Positions 11,718 to 25,100 of a stretch of 64,000 nucleotides of DNA are shown here, piece by piece. The notes below the pieces were generated by a model. It ran no database searches, was not told the origin of the DNA, and saw nothing but the letters and a program-made list of their open reading frames with translations. The translations under genes were made by a program, and so were the position numbers. Each line of letters starts with the position of its first letter. Position 1 is the first letter of the stretch. Where the stretch lies: NCBI GenBank assembly GCA_043228905.1, contig JBHGNT010000010.1, positions 22,258,001-22,322,000 on the forward strand, in the 5' to 3' direction. Source of the stretch: Azolla caroliniana (Eukaryota > Plantae > Polypodiophyta).

Positions 11718-11892
11718 GGTGCAAGTGCATGCCTTCATGCTGTGGTTTACATGTGTTCCTTTGTGCCACCCTTTTAGCACACATGTAGCTAAGCCAACCC
11801 AAATGGGTACCTTTGAATCACCTATAAATTGAGCAAGAAGTAAGAAGCTAGGTAAGCTGGTTTTAATTATCTTTATGTGCATTTTACACATT

Positions 11893-12060
11893 CTTCAACT
11901 TTCAAATTTCCTTATAGATTATAGATTGTCCATCCAACACAAAGCCCAAACCTTCAAATAATCAAACACCGGAACCATCCTTCAACTTTCAATTTTTCTT
12001 ATAGATTATAAATTGTCCATCCAACACAAAGCCCAAACCTTCAAATAATCAAACACTGGA
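11893..12060. repeat. Tandem duplication, ~87-bp unit x2
   Basis: cttcaactttcaa..ttatagattata.attgtccatccaacacaaagcccaaaccttcaaataatcaaacac.gga occurs at 11893 and 11980. Confidence 0.9.
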
Positions 12061-12149
12061 TATGCCATAACCCCAAACCCTTAAGTAATCAAACACAAAT
12101 AAAAATTTGGATGGTAATTATCTTGTATCCATTTTTGCAAAGACCCACT

Positions 12150-12470
12150 AAAAAGGCCTTAAAGGAAAAACAACCAAATAAGATAAAACTTCCAAAATAT
12201 GTTGTCATTGGACTCCATAAAAAAATTGATGTTGGTTATGTTCTACCACAACTATGCAAATGAAACACATCCTATCAATAATGTTTCTCCTTCTCAAAGC
12301 ATCTCCAACAAGAAAACCACCAACCATATCTTGCCATATAAATACCTTTGCTTCAAAAGAACAATGAGAGAGCCACCCTATTTTAACCCAATATTGCAAT
12401 TTGCTACCATAAACGAAGCTTTTGAAATCCCACATTTTTGTATCATTCATCAATACGTGCCTATTAACGA
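12150..12470 (-). pseudogene. LINE (non-LTR) ORF2 C-terminal zf-RVT relic
   Basis: EAKVFIWQDMVGGFLVGDALRRRNIIDRMCFICIVVVEHNQHQFFYG resembles zf-RVT (KVKxFxW...L.RR...C..C....E...H.F..C). Confidence 0.65.
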
Positions 12471-12472
12471 TG

Positions 12473-12932
12473 TTGTGATAGACATAACTATGTGGGTGGC
12501 ACAAATATGTGTCCTCTTTTAACCATCCTCTTATCTCCGTCGAATGCTCAATTGTCTTCAAATGACGATTCCACCAATCTTGGAATAAGTAAAATTGATA
12601 TTTGTTGTAATTTGAATACACTCACATATATAATAAACATTTAGCTACGTGTGAACCAGCACTTAGACATACTCACATACTTGAACATATACCTACACAT
12701 ATGTGTCAACCTACACATTTGAATACACTTGAACACATGTATCTCTCTGCACACAAGCATGTACATATATACATACATACATGCGAATATCAATAAATAT
12801 ATGTGTACTTGACTTACAACAAATATAAAATTTACAAATTTTCAAGATTGGTGGAGTCTTCATTTGAAGAGAATTGAACATTCGAAGGAGATAACAAGAT
12901 GGTTACAAGAGGACTACTAATGTCTATCACAA
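12473..12932. repeat. Long inverted repeat / foldback-like element (~120-140-bp arms, ~200-bp spacer)
   Basis: 12473-12610 is the approximate reverse complement of 12814-12932 (e.g. ccaccaatcttg / caagattggtgg; tcttcaaatga / tcatttgaaga). Confidence 0.8.
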
Positions 12933-15900
12933 ATATCAAGATTGCCATAATGACAATTTGAAGATGGTTACAAGACTGTCGTAATGACTGTTTGAAATTT
13001 AATCAAGCTCGTCACATTTTAAATAGCAAAGTAGTTATAAATCCCACACATACATCAAATACTACAAAAGAGGAAAAAACCCCCACGATTAATACCCAAA
13101 TTTGCATCTAATAATCCTTCTACGTAGGCTGAATATCATCAAGACCAAGGAAAACAAACTAGGGTAATTTCTTTGAGTTTTGGCCTATGAGCCTACAAAT
13201 GACGACAACATTGCTTTTTGTTGAATAGTTCTCCCACACACCCTCTTGAAGTTGTCACCCTGTGATTAGAATTTTTGTTGAAGGCCGGGTGCTTGAAAAT
13301 CAAAAGCAATGAAGTTGACAATGAGCTCTCTTGCCTGTTATATCGATAAAAATAGTTTTGCCTCTTTTAACGTGCACACGCTTTTTTCTTTAGTGCTAGC
13401 ATAATGCTAGATTATTGTCACACTTTCACATTATAACTCACATTTTGCCTTCATTGCCCCTAGTTGGGTTGAACTAGCCCTTGACCTTATTATTCGTGTC
13501 AATATGTCTCGCCATTTGAGTTAGCTAACTCTATCTCCTCTCATGCCTTTTCCCAACAACTTCTTCAACCAAGCCCTTAAGTTTTAACCTATCATAAAGT
13601 TGAAATTTAGCACCTTTTCTCCTTTGCACACGCCACATTACAACATTGCTACTCACTTTCACATGTATTACATGTAAGCACCCTTCTTTTGGTCTCATCG
13701 TTCACACTTGACCTCTGAATATGAAATCTCTCTCTCTCTCTCTCTCTCTGAGTATCCCACTTTGATACAATGATCTACCTTTGATAATATTTGACCATGC
13801 TTTCCACATCTCTTCGACCGAGCCCAATCCTTGCATGAATTCCTCTCAAAAACACAATGTGCACTCTTGATTGCAACATTCATTGGTAAAGTTCTTGAAC
13901 ATCGAGAGTCACTACTCACTTTCACACGTATCACGTGAAATGTAATATTTTTAGTCTCATAGGTCATATTTGACCTCCAAAGATGATAATATAATCTATA
14001 TATCTATCTAGCTCTTCGTAAATAATGGCTTTCATTACAAAAGAAAAAAACTCCACCATGGCTAACTTACTACAAAGTATAGAACCCTTCCCTTCTAGGG
14101 ATCTAAATAGAAACTACAACTGCAAACTCAATACCACTCTACATGCCAATTCAAATGGTGAATACGATGATATGTGACCTTGTAGAGTTGTGTGTGTGTG
14201 TTCATCTATAGGTTTACATGTATGTAATCACACTTCCCTATATAAAGTAATTTCTTTATGGAAAAGTAATGCATATGCACAAGATTTAATCTTTTTGTGT
14301 GGATAAGTGCACGTGTTTCAATATTTTATTGTCCATACACATTAAGGCAATGATTTCTTTATAAGTAAAGACTCGCTTTTCACATGCATATCCTCAATCT
14401 AGTGTATACAAAAACTTATCCATGCAACTTGAATGCATGAATTAGGGCTTTTGGGTTCTCTGTGTAAATGTTTGACTTCGTTTATACATTCACACACAAT
14501 TGTAATTGACTACTAACGCGAGTGATTGGTTTTCAAGTTAGAGACAATACTTCTCACGATCGTTTTTAAAGACAAGAAAACACTTTAAGATGTATCGTTT
14601 GATTTCGTTGGCCATTTTGAACTCTTAAAAGGCATTGATGTATTGTACATTATAATGCATGAACAAAACTTACACTGAGCACTATGTTGGACTATTTGCC
14701 TTGTCATAATTATAGTAGCATGTGTTACTGTGAATGTATTGTAATAAGTATAGTAGCACGTGTTATTGTGAAGGTATTATGCCATACTTCATTGTCAAAT
14801 TTACTAGAACCAAGCAAGAGGGTTCCAAGTCTACAATGTTGCTTTCCTCAATTGAGGCTATTAAGTAAGTACTCCACTCCATAAAGGGGTTAAAGAAATG
14901 ATGAATTATACGAGAATTTGAGGTAATTCGTTTTCTTTATAAAGCATGTACATTCTTCATAATACAAGTGTTTTCATTTACATGAATGGTTGCTTTGGCT
15001 CTAATTGATGTTCTTTGTTCTGAAGAATAATTGTACTTGCACAAGTTCACGCTGATTGATCGTAGAGGCAACACACTTGGATTCTTTATCTTTGGTACTC
15101 TATTGATAATGACCACTTTTACCATGGGAGAAACTTAAGGGTGCAAAACTAAATTGGGAGCGAAGAATTACAGTCGAGATTTGGCGAGGTTGCTTACTTA
15201 CCTAGGGCCAAGTTATGCACAGATTGACTTTATAGCATACAAGTAAGCTCCAATGTAAAAATGCAAGGTGTGATGTGTATGCGAGCACAATGGCTAGACT
15301 AGACTAGTATAGTATAGTAGTAGACACATATGCTAGGACATAGCTCCAATGTAAAAATGCAAGGTAGTTGGTTCCATGGGCGGGACAACAATATAAATAT
15401 ATAAATATATATAAACAAACATATATGTATGTATGTATATAATATGAATAATGAGATAAAAGGAAACAAACAATAGAAGAAAGAACGCGAAATGTGTATG
15501 TATTATGTACTGTATCAGTATGTATGTATACATACATATGTATGTATATGTATGTATGTACATATTAGCCAAAAGAGAATATACACAACACTTTATTTAT
15601 TTTCCCTCCTCTCGATTGCTCTGTCCGTCTGTCTGTCTGTCTCCAGCTGAAAGTATGTCAGTTATTCAAAACTTCAGGCTCCCTTCCCTGTTTGGCAGCA
15701 CCCTATCTTCTATACACTTCTTCTCAAAATATTTAGACTCAATTTTCACAACTGAGATGGTAAGACCATTACATGTGCAAGTCTTGGGTTATGTTCTGAT
15801 GCTTCTTTTCTTGTCTTCTTGTCTTCTTCTGTGACAATGAATGTTTAATGGATACCCGAGGGACAAAATCCTAATTTGCTTTGAACCATTATAATTTGAG

Positions 15901-16404
15901 TGTTCTGCAATTATAAGAATGTGATCACTACATATTGTGGCACTCGAAATTTCATCACTTCCTATAATTACAGTGGTACACAATTTCCTGAAGTGTGACT
16001 GAAGCTCATTAAATTAAATGCCATATGATATGTTTGTGGGACTAGAAATTTCCTTATTTCTCACTAATCCCGTTGTACAATCTCATCAAGTGTGATTAAA
16101 GTTCAGAGTGTGTATTTTACTTTACGGTCTTGACTTCGAGCTAAGTTTAATTGGTATACATATAAACAAGCTCAACTATCTCTGGCTACCCTTTGGACGT
16201 ATTATTACATGTAACAAGTAGCAAGTAGCATGTCGTATCACATTGATTAGTTTCAATCTGACAAAGTGGAATATAAAACCTTAACAATTTCTTACCAAAA
16301 AGAGTCTACTGAAAACATAATGGTTAATGTAGGTATACATCTGTTTCCAAGACTCTATTTGGGGGCTACGTAAGGATACAAATGTTCTGATTCCTCATTA
16401 AAGA

Positions 16405-18954
16405 ATGAGCTTTCGATTCCCACCTAGGAATTACTTTCAAATGTGGGATGGAAGTAATTTTGGATTGGGTGAAGCTTCTACATTTACTGATATTAGAGAA
16501 GAAAATGAAGTGAGTCTATCACTTTATGCTCGATTTATGCTGTACTTATTTTGGCCTGCATTAGTGCTTATAACTTGTTTGAAACACAGAACAATGATAA
16601 GATTGATACAGGAGGAACCTCTAGATCTTCCGATCATGAACATACAAAGATAAGGAACTCTTCTAAGGTGAAGTGGCATATTTTTGTCAGATTTTCATAA
16701 TTATATTTTTCTGCTGGAGATTTTCAACCTTCGGTTCCATTGGTACAAAAGGTTCTTCGGCGACTTGCCCAAAACCGGGAAGCTGCCCGCAAAAGCCGGT
16801 TAAGGAAAAAAGTACTCTTTCTTTTAGGTTTATTTATTAATTCTCTCTTATGATGATTTAAATGTTCACTACTTCTGGACGTTTTCTGACATAGAAAATA
16901 ATGCAATCATAGGCCTACGTCCAGCAATTGGAAACAAGCCGTAGGAAGCTCAATCAGCTGGAACAAGAACTTCAGAACTTAAGGCAACAGGTAAAATTGC
17001 CCTCCATTTTCTAGGTTCTATGTTTTCACCTTTTGATATATGCTTACTTCCATCAATGTACCACAGAGGATACTTCCAAGTGTCTCCTCGAGGGAAGGTC
17101 AGAGCCATCCAGGTATGTTGGTTTCGATTGCAAACATTAATAGTTTCTTTCTCACATACCATTGCACAAAAACTTGCCTTTATGTTATCCGTGTCCACGG
17201 CCAATACCAATGAACTCTGGGCACTCCTGCAATTGTTTTCTTAAACAGGCATATTGTATGGCTAGCCATTGCTGACCATTATTAGGAATAAATCTCATTG
17301 TATATGGTTTTTAAGTGACAGGCCACTGTGTATAGGCATTCATATTGTGTGTCTGTTTACGTATGTGCACACAACAATGCTTCCACTAATTCATTCAGGC
17401 ATGCATGCCATGTTTATATTATACATGTATGTCTATATCAGAGGCTGCTCTTTCTTCAATAGTTCAACCATTTTATAGATATTGTTGCCTTCAATATGGA
17501 TTATACTCTCTGGGTTGAAGAGCAAAATCTGCATCTTTTCAAGCTCCGATCCGCCATGGAAACTCACGCATCTTGTGTTGATCTACATGTTCTTGTGGAG
17601 AATGGTACATCTCTCTATGATGAGCTATTTCAACTCAAAAATAGGGCTGTGAAAGCCGATGTTTTCCACATTGTTTCTGGAATGTGGAAGACGCCAGCAG
17701 AACGCTGTTTGATGTGGATGGGTGGTTTCCGACCGTCTGATCTGCTTAAGGTATGCACATCAATATCTTATCATGTGAGCATGCATGTGAGGTCATATGT
17801 AATCATGTGTTTGAAAAAATGTCCCTTGAGGGTAACCCTCCAAAACTTACCAGCCAAAAAGATCACTAGACTTCTGCATGCTACATAATACATATATCAT
17901 CACAAAGATTTTTACGTATATGAGCATTTCTTACCTATATCCATAGATGATCTTATTTGCTATGTTTACCCATAATATAGACTGACTATATTCCTATCTG
18001 ATAAATATACCCATATTTATAAATATTATTGTCTGCTTTGTCTCTTAATTTTACCAAACCTTAATTATCTCAAGGTATTACTCTTGATTTCCTGTAAATC
18101 TTGTTGGCTGCATTTTTTTGATGCCCACATCATTTCTGTCTATTTCACCAAAATCGACTTTGAATTACGATGAAGACAAAAGATGAGCAAAGGTTGATAC
18201 ACAAGTTCACTTTCTGCTGCATCTCAGGCTGTTGTGAATTCCTTACAATGCAGATTTTGATTCCCCAAGTCGAGCCACTTTCTGAGAATCAAGTGATAGC
18301 AATATTTAATCTACAGCAGTCTTCAGAGCAGGCTGAAGATGCACTATCTCAGGGGATGGAAGCTTTGCAACAAAATTTATCCAATATCTTATGTACTAGC
18401 CTTCCGGCAACCTCCAATACCAATCACATGGAGCATATAGCTTTGGCAGTAGGGAAACTTGGGACATTAGAGAACTTTGTGTGGCAGGTTGACACTCTTT
18501 AACTTTTGTTCAGTGTTCTAACATAGTTTAAATTAGCATGTCACATAAAATTTAGGCAGGAACACCAAAATACCCCAACTCGTTAGGTATTTACCAGAAC
18601 ACCCCTATGTTTTTCCAAACATTAGCAGAATAGCCTCTGCACTGTAAATTTTACTATGCCATAGGTATATTTTGGCGATCTTTAAAAATGTTGGGGCATT
18701 TTGGTAGATGCACCACAAGTAAGGAGCGTTATGGCATTTTACCCTAGCAATATTTTAGGGGTATTGGTTTTATTTAATTGATTTATTTCTATCCACAGGC
18801 TGACAATCTCCGTCAACAGATGCTGCATCAACTCAATCGCATTCTTACAGTTCATCAAGCAGCTAGAAGCTTGCTTGCTATTGGAGATTACTTCTCTCGC
18901 CTTCGTGCTCTCAGCTCTCTCTGGGTAGCCCGACCCCATGAGAGTGAGATATGA
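16405..18954 (+). CDS. TGA: TGA-class bZIP transcription factor with DOG1 domain; exons 16405-16509, 16590-16667, 16752-16811, 16913-16990, 17067-17112, 17479-17750, 18254-18487, 18799-18954
   Basis: VLRRLAQNREAARKSRLRKKAYVQQLE basic region; ADVFHIVSGMWKTPAERCLMWMGGFRPS; QQSSEQAEDALSQGMEALQQ; ADNLRQQ..RLRALSSLW. All GT-AG introns are phase-compatible. Probable 5'UTR exon near 15600-15759. Confidence 0.93.
18555..18770. mobile_element. Possible degenerate Mutator-like MITE in last TGA intron
   Basis: ACCAAAATACCCC and GAACACCCC on the left are mirrored by GGGGCATTTTGGT and GGGGTATTGG on the right. No clear TSD. Confidence 0.4.
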
Positions 18955-19549
18955 AAGATTCACTCAATTCCGGAGCCATTGTATTAGAAGTGTATGACAT
19001 AGCTTGGGGTCAATACAGCTTTTGGACAGCAAACCCCATCTGTCCTTTGCATAGAGTGTACTTACTTACAAGAGAGGAAGTGTAGATGTAACATTATTAT
19101 CATTTGTACCAGAGACTTACACATTCCTGTACTCGGTTTAAAAGAACTTTACTTAAGTTTAACGATTTGCTGTGGTTCCCACACATGTATGTACAGAATA
19201 CTTTTGTGGCATGATCTCATGTACAATGGAGGAATTTACTTTAGTTTAAAACATAGATCAGGACTTTTATCCCCCCTGCCCCTATTGCCAGACATAGAAA
19301 TTAAACTGTGCTCTGCCATTAAGAGAGAAGATAAAGTTAACCACTGAATCAAGTATCAGAACATTCTTATTTCTTGAGATTCCCTATCCATTCATTTACA
19401 TCAGATTATGATAGTTGTTACGGAGACACTTGCACATACATACATTCACTGGACATACGTACTTCAGGCTGTGATAATGTACTGATGTACTTGTTCATAT
19501 TTCAGACTATCATGTCATATGCTAAACTGCCGTTAGTTGCACATATCGT

Positions 19550-19591
<42 letters not shown>

Positions 19592-20506
19592 GTACTAAAA
19601 TACTTGCACACACTATCATATCACATGCAAAACTACCTTTCATCATTCCATTTAAACCTTCTTGATTCTGTTACACATACTTCACACTGTCATATTACAC
19701 GAAAATCCACATCGCATCTTGTATGAACCTCTATTGATTATGTGAATGCATCTATTTCAAACTGTCACTATACTATTCAATCAAAAGCATTGTTAACTAT
19801 GTATGCCACACGCCAATCAGAATAATATAGTGTTATAAATGAATAGCTTGATCTTTGCACATCATAAAAATCAGGATTGATTATGCAAATGTGTCAATTT
19901 CATCCTTCTCCCTCATCATCAAAAACCATTAGCCATATCTCACATGAAAACAGAACATACACGCACATCACCTATAATTATTATTCAAAACACACAAATT
20001 TTGGGATTCCTGAGCAAAGGCTGCATACGAATGAAATGAAGATCGCTGAAAGTTAGCTTTGAGAAATGAATTTCTGACCTTCGATACAACTCACGCGAAA
20101 AAGAAAAAGAGAATGTCTCTGTTTCTCGTTTTCCGAACTTTGACAAAAAGAAAACAGAGAAAAGAAATAGAAGAGGCGGAATTGAGTGTGAAGAAGATGT
20201 GGGTGGCTCTTGATCCCTCGGTTTCTACAATAAACAAAGAGTAGGCTTCCGGATTTATCTACATCTCTACAAACAAATCAACCATTTCTCTTTTCTTTTC
20301 TTTTCTTTTATTTTCTGTCTGTATGTCTTCATTTGATGGAGCGCGTGTTGACATGAAAGCCCCCAATTGGATGGATCCCATCGATTGCTCTTATGTTACC
20401 ACTACAAAATTGCAAAGTCATAGACGTTGAAGTTTTTTTCAGAGTTTTAAGGAGGAAAGCAAGCACTTTGACCTTATCACATGCCATTCATTAGTAATAG
20501 TTAGTG

Positions 20507-20520
20507 GGGACACACACACA

Positions 20521-20562
<42 letters not shown>
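20507..20562. repeat. (CA)n(CT)n compound microsatellite
   Basis: Seen directly. Further SSRs at ~19553-19588 (AT), 21424-21471 (CA) and 21673-21716 (GA). Confidence 0.9.
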
Positions 20563-20567
<5 letters not shown>

Positions 20568-21423
20568 TACATATGTACAAAGAAAGGGCTGGCAATGCTT
20601 CCACATTGTCGTCGACACATCTTTCTTTTCCTTTTCTTCCTTCTTTTATTCGTATGCATGTACGGCAGAATGAGTTTCAACCTGTGATAGTGGCGCATGC
20701 ATGGCCTTACAGAGTGTAATGAGCATATATATATGCACTCTACTCGATAAAATCAACAAGATATGACTTTCCAATTCAAACCGACGAGATGAGAAGAGGT
20801 TTTCTTTTCATTCTTGCTTGCCACTTCTCTTTAGTACTGATAGGCTGAGCATTAGCCCATAAGTTGGAAAATCATGTCATAGACTAGGGGTTGTTCATAA
20901 ATATGTAAAGGAATAATAGTGGATATCCATGAAACAATGGATCAAGCTATGGTGTCGAGTGTCTGTCGCTAAGTACCCCACCTTATATACCCTTTAGTCT
21001 CAGTATTAGTCCAAAGAAGGCTTAGACACACACGACCATAAGTTTAAGACTATGTGTTAAGAAATCCCGAAAGGAAATGGGGCATTTGATTATATGCATG
21101 ACGCACACACGATCTCGAGATTGCAAGTTAACTTCATGCATCAGGGTTTGTTGAAATTCGTCTCTTTCTTTCCATTCAAACATATGCAAACTTTGTGAAT
21201 GCGATGTGTCACTGATCGATAAATTAATATCAATGGCACAAAAGCCACATATGTCTTCATAAATCATGTGTACTTTTATATATATATACTACATGTGCTT
21301 ACATTGCTGGGAGGGGGATATTAATATACATATGTATACATATGTAGTCCACGCACGTCACATGTACAAGCAAAGGTCCGGTCTGTCGATCGAATTGGGT
21401 GGGGATCATGAAAACACACAAAG

Positions 21424-21455
<32 letters not shown>

Positions 21456-21669
21456 ACACACACACACACACATATATGTACTTATATGTATGTATAGATG
21501 TGTATATACATACATATTTTAACATATAATGCGTGATGCACTCCACACATAACTCCTCAACATGACTTGGGATCCATCTGCATCTCCATCATCATCTCCA
21601 TACGAATAAAATACATACATCTGGTGGATGGGCTTTTTATTTTTATTTTTGTGAATAGGCCTGAGAATT

Positions 21670-21721
<52 letters not shown>

Positions 21722-22100
21722 TATTGTATTGTATTATATTGTTACTGTTCCTTTGAGAATGGGGGTGGTGGTAGTGTGTGTGTTTTAAGGGAATCTTCTT
21801 ACTTATGTACATACTTAGTTACTGCTAATAAGTCAAACTTTGTGGTGGTGTCCACCTACAACACTCTCTGCTCCTTCTTACTTAGTACCTACTATTTATG
21901 TGTGCATGATCGATCGACCCACTCTGTTTCATTGCCCCCCCCCCCCTGGCTATGGTAGTCTTTCTTCATTCTTCTTAATAAGACCACACCTTGTGCACAA
22001 TCTAGTTGATGGGCTGCTTCAATCTCCCTCATTTCCTTAGATCCCGTTGTTAATTCGATCCTTTTACAGTTTTGTGTCTTCTAGGGTTCAGCCATCCAAA

Positions 22101-25100
22101 ATGAGAGAGAAAGAAGGAAAGCTTGCTTCTTCAGATCAGAAGATGTCCAAGATGCTCCCCCAAGCTCTGGTTGCGTTCACTATGTGCTCGCTTTTCTTCT
22201 ATCTTGGGAGTATCTTCTGCTCTGACAAGGATCTTGGATCTGGGAATATAGAATCTAGGGCTGCTGAATCTAATCTAGATTCCAGCTGCAGACCTCATAT
22301 AAAAGCAATGGAGTTCAAACCATGCAACATTTCTCTTCAGGACTACACACCTTGTACAGATCCTGCTGTAAGGCCTCCTAACCTCATCACCTCTTTTGCA
22401 ATTCTCTATGTAATAGTGATTTCTAAGACATGCATTGCAATTCCCCAATGTGCTTCTAATACAACAAGATCATGAGGTGAGGCCCCTATTATATCATCAG
22501 ATATTTTGTTATTTCTCTGATGTGTACTTGGCAAACCCTGACGAACTTGTAATACAACGAGATCATGGGGTAACACCCCCAACATCATAAGTTCTTGGGT
22601 AGTTTCCATGATTATATGGTACATATAATATTAGCCGTAATGGACATATAGTGCAAAGGGTCATGGGGTAGGGTCCTTCATTCAATCAATTTCATAAGTT
22701 CTTTGATAAGCTACATGCAAACCCTTAATAAGATTATGAGATAATATCCTTAATCTCATCCAATCGTTTACAGTTTCAAACCTTAATGCAGTTTTCGTGG
22801 TACAGAACTCACGCAAATGCAATGAAATCATGGCCAAGAACCCTAATCTCATTAGATCGTTTATAAAAATGTGGATCGATGATTTCTAATGCAATTTGAA
22901 ACCCTGACGGGCTTATGTTGCAATGAGATCATAGGGATGGAACCGTAATCTCATCAAATCTTTTAAAAGTTCTATTAATAGATTCTTTCTAGGTTACATT
23001 GTGATCTTGGGTGAGCTTATAATGCAATGCAATCACGGATAAGAACCCTAATGTCATCAGATATTTTTATAAGTTCCATGAATATATGATTTCTAGACTA
23101 TACCTTACAAACCCTAATGGGCATACAGTGCAACGAGATGATGGTGTAAAGCCATTAATCTTGTCAGATGTTTAATAAGTTCCATGAATATATGCTTGCT
23201 ACTGCTAGGGTATATTTTGTAATCCCTCATGTGCTAATAATGCATTATTAATCCAGAGATGGGGCAAATACGATCGGAATCGGATGGCATTTCGAGAGCG
23301 CCATTGCCCTCCTCCAACTGAGAGAATGGATTGCTTAGTTCCTCCACCCACGGGCTACAAAGTCCCTGTCCGTTGGCCTCGTAGTAGGGATGAATGCTGG
23401 TACAGGTGAGATATTTTTGCCCTAACTTATATACGTATAGATCATGTCTCACTATACGTCAAAAAAATCATTAAAGACAGAGATATGCTCACCTTGGAAT
23501 TCGGATAGCAATGAATTGGATATAGACCGAAGGTTATGCTTTAAAGGAGTCAGTATGGCCAGAATAAGGATACCTATGCTCTGGGCCTTGATCTGGTTTA
23601 TATATTGAGGCTTATGGTAATCAACCCTAGATCTATGCCCAGACCTCGTCTATCTAGATTGTGACCATTCAAATGGTCATCCATGAACAATATAAACCCC
23701 ACTAATCACATGTATGCTTGTAGGCTCATATTGTTCATGGATGGCCATTTGAGTGGTCACAATCTGGATAGACGAGGTCTGGACATAGATCTAGGGCTAA
23801 TTACCATTAAACCTGAATTTATAAACCAGATCTATGCCCAGAGCATGAGTATCCGTATTCTGGCTATCCTAAGGCATAACCTTATGTCTGTATCCAATTC
23901 ATTGCTATCCGAATTCCATGGTCAGCATATCTGTCTTTAATGATTTCGTTGCCATGACTATATATATTCTTATACCTGTCTATCTATCTATATTGCTTCA
24001 ATTAACCATAGATAGATAGGTTTAACTATCATAATGTTCCAATTAACCGTAGGTCCATCATGTTCACAACAATTGTCAATCGTAGGTATCCAGAATGGTG
24101 ATTTTGGGGTAATGAGTAACATAATTTTACATTAGGGTTAGAGGTATGCTCTGTCTGGACATTTCTGATCTGGACGTAGATCTAGGGTGTAACAGATTTA
24201 TAGAGGAATATCTACTTTGTTTTGATCCAGTATCTATGCCAATATCATACCTATCATATGGTCGTCCAAATGTCCAAATGTCGCTTTGTGAGCTAACGAG
24301 CCTATCGCTGACCTTAGTGACTTCTTTAATGTATAACTATGCGTATACTCCTAAAGAGGGCTAATGAACATCATTCAATAATATTGTTCGGTTTTGATAT
24401 GGTGTAACCCAACAAAGGACATAAATTTGAAGCAAAAGCAGAGGAAAACTTAATTCATGGGTTGGAATCTGTGAACTTTAATGTAGTCCTGCTCTGTCTG
24501 GACATTTCTGATCTGGACGTAGATCTAGGGTGTAACAGATTTATAGAGGAATATCTACTTTGTTTTGATCCAGTATCTATGCCAATATCATACCTATCAT
24601 ATGGTCGTCCAAATGTCCAAATGTCGCTTTGTGAGCTAACGAGCCTATCGCTGACCTTAGTGACTTCTTTAATGTATAACTATGCGTATACTCCTAAAGA
24701 GGGCTAATGAACATCATTCAATAATATTGTTCGGTTTTGATATGGTGTAACCCAACAAAGGACATAAATTTGAAGCAAAAGCAGAGGAAAACTTAATTCA
24801 TGGGTTGGAATCTGTGAACTTTAATGTAGTCCTGCTTGTGGCGGTTTGCAGGAATGTGCCTTATGATTGGATTACCGATATCAAGGCAAACCAAAGATGG
24901 ATGCAGAAGGAAGGAGAGAAGTTCCTCTTTCCTGGTGGAGGCACAATGTTTCCTAGGGGTGTGGGTGAATATCTGAACCATATGGAAGAGCTCATTCCTG
25001 GAATGAAAGATGGAACTGTTCGGACTGCACTTGACACAGGCTGTGGGGTAAGTTCCTTATCTCTTAACAGACAAAAGCAGCCATTTCTACTGGTTCAATG

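Noticed and set aside
15246-15365. 24-bp exact direct repeat AGCTCCAATGTAAAAATGCAAGGT upstream of TGA
   Set aside because: Real, but there are only two copies with no TE hallmarks or known motif; most simply a small local duplication.
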